Part shown: piece by piece, positions 56,141 through 64,000 of the stretch | Position numbering within the stretch: position 1 is the stretch's first letter | Layout of the letters: each line of letters begins with the position of its first letter | From: Octopus vulgaris | Taxonomy: Eukaryota | Direction: 5' to 3' | Assembly: GCA_951406725.2 (NCBI GenBank) | Contig: OX597819.1 | Coordinates: forward strand, 44,826,001-44,890,000 | Length of the DNA: 64,000 nucleotides | Translations under genes and position numbers: made by a program | Notes under the pieces: model-generated | The model's input: the letters and a program-made list of their open reading frames with translations, nothing else | Database searches by the model: none | What the model was told of the DNA's origin: nothing

Positions 56141-56285
56141 GCATTGATGAAACTTTCACAAGCGAAAGATTAGCAGTGATTTACATAAACTATAATTTAA
56201 TAAAATGTAGCAAAAATTATTGAGTAATCCTTCAGTTTAATGCTAAAATGATTTGATATAAGAATAGGCATATACATGAACAATA

Positions 56286-56362
<77 letters not shown>

Positions 56363-56581
56363 ATATATATATATATAATCATATATATATATATATATGT
56401 ATGTATAATCATATATATTTTGCCAGCTTAATGTTGTAGTTCCAGGAAAGGAAAAATTGCTTCTGTTATTGAGACCTGGAAAGATCGTTTCACGCTTCCT
56501 ATGCGTTCTGTTTCCTTATGCTTTCGAATAGGAGAGATAAGTATCTCCACCCAGCATATATATATATATACATATACATAC

Positions 56582-56647
<66 letters not shown>

Positions 56648-56924
56648 GTGTGTGTGTGTATACATACATACATGCAAACTTATATATGTCTGTATATGCA
56701 TATATACACAAAAACGTTTCTTGTTTAAACGTTATCTGCTCAGAAAACTACTAAGGAACGGTCTTGTTTTCAGCTTGATAAATGGCGGGACAAATTATTA
56801 TTTTGACTAGGAAAACCTGGCTAGGTGTCTTTAGAAAGTTTGTGGGGTTTTTATTTTAAAGATTACCTTTACTCGCTTAGATGATGGAAAGTTCTTCTAC
56901 TTGTTGAAGCTTTCAACAAGTAGA

Positions 56925-57120
56925 AAATCAACAACAAAAACGCGAGGACGTGGTAGAAGTAATGTATTATCAGACGCTGAAGAAAGGAAAGAAAGAGGAT
57001 TTAACGTTTCGAGGAAGGCTCTTCTTCAGAAATAGAGGAAAGCCCAAATGAAGGGAACGCGGAGGAAGAAAATCGCCAACGATTCACACGTGGTTACATT
57101 TTGAAATGACCGGGAGAGAA
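56925..57120 (-). mobile_element. Penelope-type terminal repeat with canonical minimal hammerhead core
   Basis: Minus strand AUUU-CUGAAGA-AGAG(CCUUC)CUC-GAAAC-GUU-AAAU. Confidence 0.6.
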
Positions 57121-58017
57121 TGGGTGAAGAAAAAGTTCTTTCTAAGACAGGAGAGTGCAAGAGAAGGAGATATTTGTGTGCATGCGTGGGTTTGTGCGAG
57201 CGCGCAGGTATGTCCATGTTTGTGTGTAATAATGGCACGTGTTTGTGCATATGTGTGGGTGTGTGGTTTTGACTGTTTATGTGTGTGTGTGAGTGGACTT
57301 GCTGTCGCTTACTCTCGTAGGAAGAATTTATAGTAAGAACTTATAGTTAGAATTTATAGTAGAAATGGTCTTTTGTGTAGTGTGTCCCTTCACACGCGCG
57401 CAGGAGAATGGTCAGTAGAAAGGTGTTTAACTGGTAGTTTGAAGTATGTGTGCGAATATGTTTTTATACACAAGTACACACACACACACACATGTCGATA
57501 TTTTTTGCATTTTCTCTGCTAAAGACAGATTCTTCTTCGGTGAATGGTCAACACATGGCACTTGTAGCAGACATTTGCCCGAGTTACTGTGCAAGAATTG
57601 AAGGAATTATAGCGTAGTTTCAAAGCTAGCGCAAACATACCTGCACCAGTGGAAAGATAATCTACCAAATCTAAGCTATAGCCACGTTACCATTTATATA
57701 TACTCATTAGCAGTTAGAAATATACAGTTAGAAGATTTTTCCGAGAAAACTTGAATTGAAAACGTTATCACACTTCCAAGAATGTTTACAGATTCGCAAA
57801 AAATATGTAGTAAAAGGGAAGAGGAGTCAGTGTTGTTTATATAATTACGATTGCTGATAATTTATAAACATGAAAGGGTTCAATGGAAATCCGGTAAAAA
57901 GGAGAACGGTATGCTAAAGAATCTATGTATATATATATATATCTGTCTATATATCAGAATGAAACACTCTCTACGCCTGCCTCTGTTACTACTTCTCTCT
58001 TCCGCCCCTCTCTCTCC

Positions 58018-58061
<44 letters not shown>

Positions 58062-58265
58062 TATGCATGTATTATATGCACAACTCTACAAAAAGACAGA
58101 GAGAAACAGAACCATATATTTCTTATATTACTATATGTTATAAAAATTTATTATATATCATATGAAAATATACATTTTATACACACACACGTAGACAGAT
58201 ATATATTTATATGTATAAATATATATGTATGTATACATATATATATATATATATATCAATATATT

Positions 58266-58317
<52 letters not shown>

Positions 58318-58448
58318 ATATATTTATTATGACGCATATATGTGTATGTTGGTGTATATACATGTATGTGCGTGTGGCGGTGAATTGGAGCGCGTGCACG
58401 TTTTTCTGCGTGCATCTGTGCAATTGAAAGTCTTTTTCTGTGAGAGGG

Positions 58449-58506
<58 letters not shown>

Positions 58507-58564
58507 AATACATGTATATATTTATACATATAATAGGTGTATATATACAGCAGGTATGTAAGTA

Positions 58565-58617
<53 letters not shown>

Positions 58618-58935
58618 ATAAGTGTACACTTGCCAATGTGTGTACTTGTGTGTGTGTGTGTATGTGTGTGTTTGTGTGTGCGCGTGCGTTTGTGTGTGCA
58701 TGTGGTACGGAAAAAAGAAAGGTAAAAAAAGCTAGCGGGGTAATGAAGGACAGAAAGGAAATAAAATATAGATGCACAGCAAGTGATGAAAGAAATGAAA
58801 ATTTAAGGAAAGACATGCGGTTACGGTGTCAGAGTTATCGAATGCTTTGATCTGAGAATATCAGTATTGTGGAGATTGATAGATTGGGGGTAGGGGTAGG
58901 AGGAGGTATCATTTAAATCGATACCCATACGTACG

Positions 58936-58991
<56 letters not shown>

Positions 58992-59013
58992 TGTATATAT
59001 ATGTATATATATG

Positions 59014-59045
<32 letters not shown>

Positions 59046-59204
59046 CATATATATATATATGTATGTAGGTATATATACATACATATATATATATATATAT
59101 AATGTAATATATATCATATACACATATAGATATGTATACCTGTATATATATATATATACATATATATATACACATATAGCATATACATACATAATGTATA
59201 CCTG

Positions 59205-59246
<42 letters not shown>

Positions 59247-59478
59247 TACATATATATAACAATCTATATCAGCATATACATGTGTGTGTATATATGAGTG
59301 TATTTTCGTTATAGAGTGATAATATAGAGAGGTGTATATGTGAGTACATGTAGCTTACCGATGTATACGCATGGTAAATTTATGAAAATTGAATGACTGC
59401 TATAATTTGTGTATATCCATCTATTTCTGCATCAGTACACACGCGCGCGCGCATACACCTTCATCTATATCTACATTT

Positions 59479-59581
<103 letters not shown>

Positions 59582-60199
59582 TATATACAATAAATGAAAT
59601 ATGTATACATATCTGTATGTATGTATATATATATGTGCGAATACTGCCATATCTATCTATATATATACATACATGCATATATATATACATGTATATGTAT
59701 GTGTACCTATGTATTTGTTTAAACTCATACAAATGAACTACATTGAAACAATAGTCTGTTGCATTTTCAGTATGATCTGCACGGTCTTTGTTTAGTTATT
59801 CAAACTTTATATATGTATATACAAATACTAACGTGTGAGTGTATGATATTGAATGTATTTAATATACTCGTTACATTATTAATGAAGATATACATAAAGT
59901 ATAAATACTCTTCTGTCGACATATGTTTGTATGCTTAAAGTGTCTGTGTATAAATCTGATTATTCGGATGCATGCTTGCTTGTTTAAAATACCAAAATAC
60001 AGTTTAAAATAATACAAGTAATTAAAAAAATTCCTACATATGAAGCAGTGCGCGTCATTGGCAATGACGATAGTCATGATGACTCTTTCCCGGTGTATAT
60101 ATCACAATTTTGGCTGCTAGACTGATGCATCCTTCGAACTTTCAGGACGAAGAATAGGAAACCATGATGGTACACCGGAGCACATTCAACTTTAGCTTC

Positions 60200-60720
60200 T
60201 TAGACTACTGCTCCCAACTATGATCACCACATATTTTAAAACTAATGGCGGAACTAAGTAGCTGAGAAGATCTACACAAAATATCGTCTCAATGCAACAT
60301 GTCTGCTACTGGGAGAGACTGTAATGGTTAACACTCTACTCCCTAAAACGAAATATGTGCCATGATATACATTAAGAAAATCATGGAAGAACTTGTACTA
60401 AACTTTGGCATTGAAAGTTATAGAAACAGTATGAAAGTTTCAACACTACATACTGCCTAAAGTCCCAAAACCACTTTCAAGTTACAGAACTAGATACTGC
60501 ATAAACTTGGGTTTGAAAGGTCCACGGTTCTTCAATATTTCCTTCCACCACCACCAAAATCCTGAGACACTTACATGGGGTGAGTGTAGGTGTCTTCAAA
60601 AGAAAAGTAGATCTCCTGTCAAGAAGTTCAGATGAACTTATCTCACGGCAAGAAACGTAGATGAGGGGGACATCGTCAAACTCCTTCACTCAACAAATGA
60701 CACATATCAAGTAGTGAAAG
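60200..60720 (+). mobile_element. CR1-group LINE 3' region, degenerate
   Basis: RTRYCINLGLKGPRFFNI and GVFKRKVDLL; similar in type to 41590-41900. Confidence 0.6.
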
Positions 60721-60946
60721 TGTAGCAAAGCTAGCAGTAGTGCTCCAGCATGGCCGCACCTCTTGATCTGCAACTAATAAAAGATAAATGATGGGAATAA
60801 TTATTTTGATGAATTAAATGAATTTCGATTGTTACTCCTTCCTCAGAAAGAAAAAGAAGACAGGATGAATGAACGTATAGTGAGGGAATTCCTAGAAAAC
60901 AAGGAAAAAATCGCGAGAGTTGAGAAAGGTGGGAAAATATGGTAAA

Positions 60947-61006
<60 letters not shown>

Positions 61007-61049
61007 ATCAGTTGAATAAAGTTAAAAAATAGTCTGGCTTTCACGTTTT

Positions 61050-62460
61050 TTTATTATGGTGTCTTAACAAAATTAGCTCTTTCATACATAGTGTACTCAT
61101 CAGATTTCAAATGTGTTTAACTGACTACTGAGTTCTTAACAACTTTAGTACCTCTTAGAACGTTCCAACCAGCATAATTTTTAGAATACCTTTTTGACCA
61201 ATCCGCATGCTCTTAAGCATCACGGTTGGCCAGGCTTACCGATATTCTGCCATTTGCTTATATTTATTAACTGGTTGTTATATAATTGTTGTTATTGCCA
61301 TTCAGAACAGGTTTGAACATTTTAATAAGCCATTTTTCTTTTATCTTACTTCCAACCTCACTTGTGTCATGTGGTTAGTAAAAAGGAAAAATTAGAAACA
61401 TTTTCTGACCACGTGCCTCAATATGTTCACTCAATGGAATTTGGCGAACATGGGTGTTCCGGATTTGTTGCCTGCGAACTTGTGAGAGTTCCGATAATGC
61501 ATTCCCTGTCTCACCTATATATAATTCTTCACAATTCAGACATTTAATGCAGTAGATTAAATTTCTGCTTTTCCAGTTCATATCTGCATTTGCGAAATTC
61601 TGTTCATTTTTGGCTCTAATGGATCTACCCGTATGCCTGTATTGACACATTCCACATCTGTTATCATTACACTTGGACACTGTGAATATGTTATCCCATT
61701 TGTTCATGTTGAATTTTGCCTTTGTTAATAGTTTCTTTAGGTTATGTGATTGCCTTTTGCTTAAAATAAGTGTTTGATTAGTTATTATGTTTTTTTTAAT
61801 TTTTCACTTTGTTTTATGAATGGCAAATTTGTTTTGATGAGGTTAAAAATGTTTTGGCGATGGATTGTGTGTTACTAGAAATTGTATCGTGTTCCTTTGA
61901 TGGATTCGTCTTTTTCGTGTTGCTCTAAGTTGTTCTATATGTATCTCTCTTGCTCTAAGTTGTTCTATATGTATCTCTCTTGCTCGTAGTATGGTATTTT
62001 GCTTGAGCAGAAATACTTTGAGTTCTATAAGTCGTGTTTCTGGAATTTGGATCATCGAAAATAGCGCAAATTTTCCTGGCTAGACAGTACGGGACGTTGC
62101 AGTTTGTGTGTGTTGGGTGACATGGTTTGAAATTTGGATACTGTTGTGTTTCTGTGCTTTTGTAATAAATGTCAGTTGTGATTGCGGTGTTGTTTTTAAT
62201 TACCATTATGTGAAGAAATCGTGATTGTGCGTTGCTTATTTCTCCTGTGAATTATCGGGGAGGGTGCTGAATTCTTCCAGATTTTTAGGGATTTCGTCCA
62301 CATTAGGAAACAATCATCTTTTCCATGTGTCCTCTATATGTCTTTTAAAGGTTATGACTTAGTTCTTTTCAATTTTTTAATATAGGTTTTGTTCTAAGTA
62401 TTCTAATACTGAGTTCACGAAAACTGGAGCAAATCGTGTCCCCATAGCTGTGCCTCGAAT
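61050..62460 (-). mobile_element. Penelope-like retroelement (RT and GIY-YIG endonuclease), degenerate
   Basis: RGTAMGTRFAP, TDIYYKSTETQQY..HPTH..NVPYCLARKI, CNDNRCGMC and NLIYCIKCLNCEELYIGETG occur in the correct order with stops and frameshifts; 30-bp tandem duplication at 61921-61980. Confidence 0.9.
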
Positions 62461-62561
62461 TAAGCACATTTGAACTCTGATGAGTACACTAAGTATGAAA
62501 GCGATAATTTAAATACCATAATAAAAAACGTGAAACTAGACCATGTTTTAACTTCATCCAA

Positions 62562-62597
<36 letters not shown>

Positions 62598-62601
<4 letters not shown>

Positions 62602-62859
62602 AAACAAGTCAAAATAGAAAATGCTAAAATAATTTTATAAAGAACATTTCAGTACCGGTTTCGGTCATTTTGAGACCTTTTCAACTGTAACGATTAAATA
62701 ATTAAATTTATAAAAATTAGAAGAAAAGTTTTTTTAAAGGAATATTTGTATAGTGTTCAGATGTAAGTGGCATTCTGCCTTTCTCTGACTCCCTTGTTTG
62801 CACTTGTGTGTTCGAGCGTTTTTCATATATATCAACTCGTGTGTTCCTTTTCACCCTTT

Positions 62860-62860
<1 letters not shown>
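62598..62860 (-). mobile_element. Penelope-type terminal repeat with hammerhead variant, between (TA)n runs
   Basis: Minus strand CAG-UUGAAAA-GGUC(UCAAAAU)GACC-GAAAC-CG-GUA-CUG. Confidence 0.5.
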
Positions 62861-62902
<42 letters not shown>

Positions 62903-63010
62903 TGCATATACATATCTACATACATGTATGCATATATATATATATATATATATGTACATGTATATATATATATATATACATAATTATACGCACACACACA
63001 CACACTCACA

Positions 63011-63056
<46 letters not shown>

Positions 63057-63194
63057 CATATATATATATACACACCTATATATGAATATATGACAGTTGA
63101 AATATGAAATTCACTTTCATATTTGTATTCATTTGTACAGTTTAGATTTGCATGATATGCTTTGAATTCTGTTAGGTGTGTTAGTAGATATTCT

Positions 63195-63382
63195 TTTATT
63201 TGTTCCAGTCATTTGACTGCCGCCATGCTGGAGCACCGCCTTTAGTCGAACAGATCGACCCTTGGACTTATTCTTTGTGAGCCTAGTACTTATTCTATCG
63301 GTCTCTTTTGCCGAATTGCTAGGATACTGGGACGTAAACACCATGTGGTTGGTAAGCAAGCTTCTTACCACACAGCCACTGC
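63195..63382 (-). mobile_element. SINE family A with internal deletion
   Basis: Tail joined directly to head at gtaaacaccatgtggttggtaagc. Confidence 0.75.
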
Positions 63383-63649
63383 TGTGATATGTAGATACAT
63401 ATTATAATACTTTTGAAGATGATATGAAACGTTGGAAGGCGGAGCTTTACACAATCTGTGACATACTGTAAGAAACACTGCCGGTCATCGATGTCACTAT
63501 CAACAGAATTTTAGCTGTAGTATGTAGTGAATAACTTATGAAGTTGTTGTATATTGTTTGTATGTATGTATGTAAAATCATATACACAGGCCTATATTAA
63601 TGTGTGTGCGTGAACTTGTGCAAGATCTCGGTAGTATATGTATAACTGT

Positions 63650-64000
63650 AAGGCGGTGAGTTGGCAGAAGCGTTAGCATACCGGGTAAAATGCTTAGCAG
63701 TCTTTCGTCTGCCGCTGCGCTCTGAGTTCAAATTCCGCCGAGGTTGTTTTACCTTTCATCCTTTCGGGGTCGATTAAATAAGTAGTAGTTACGCATTGGA
63801 GTCGATATAATCGATTTAATCCGTTTGTCTGACCTTGTTTGTCCCCTCTGTGTGTAGCCCCTTGTTGGCAGTAAAGAAATACGAAACGTTAGCACGCCGG
63901 GCGAAATTCTTAGCAGTATTTCGTCTGTCATTACGTTATGAGTTGAAATTCCGCCTAAGTCGACTTTGCCTTTCATCCTTTTGAGGTCAATAAATTAATT
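63650..64000 (+). mobile_element. SINE family B tandem copies
   Basis: ggcggtgagttggcagaagcgttagc head; a second copy starts near 63882. Confidence 0.8.

Noticed and set aside
61050-62460. Active Penelope element
   Set aside because: It is 5'-truncated with multiple frameshifts and stops.

Overview
AT-rich eukaryotic (animal) DNA, almost entirely intronic or intergenic, with very dense microsatellites ((TA)n, (CA)n, (GA)n, (GATA)n, (ATT)n, (TAG)n). The repeat content is most consistent with a coleoid cephalopod such as Octopus; this is an inference from pattern, not a database match. Most of the supplied ORFs are microsatellite artefacts. Recognisable content is decayed mobile DNA: RLE-type (R4/Dong-like) LINE fragments in (TAA)n, CR1-group and RTE LINE fragments, Penelope-like elements (RT and GIY-YIG), a Helitron RepHel remnant, a complete 300-bp non-autonomous Helitron, mariner remnants, fold-back MITEs and many copies of several SINE families. 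Three highlights: (1) at 49.0-49.8 kb a nest that can be reconstructed exactly, where a TTAA-flanked 144-bp palindromic MITE received a chimeric tRNA-Glu + SINE retrocopy and, 1 bp away, a second SINE, each with its own 8-bp target duplication; (2) about seven minimal hammerhead-ribozyme-like motifs in short Penelope-type terminal repeats, often with inverted duplications; (3) weak candidate small exons of a host gene on the + strand. No intact protein-coding gene, rRNA or CRISPR array is supported. Repeat boundaries are approximate unless stated otherwise.
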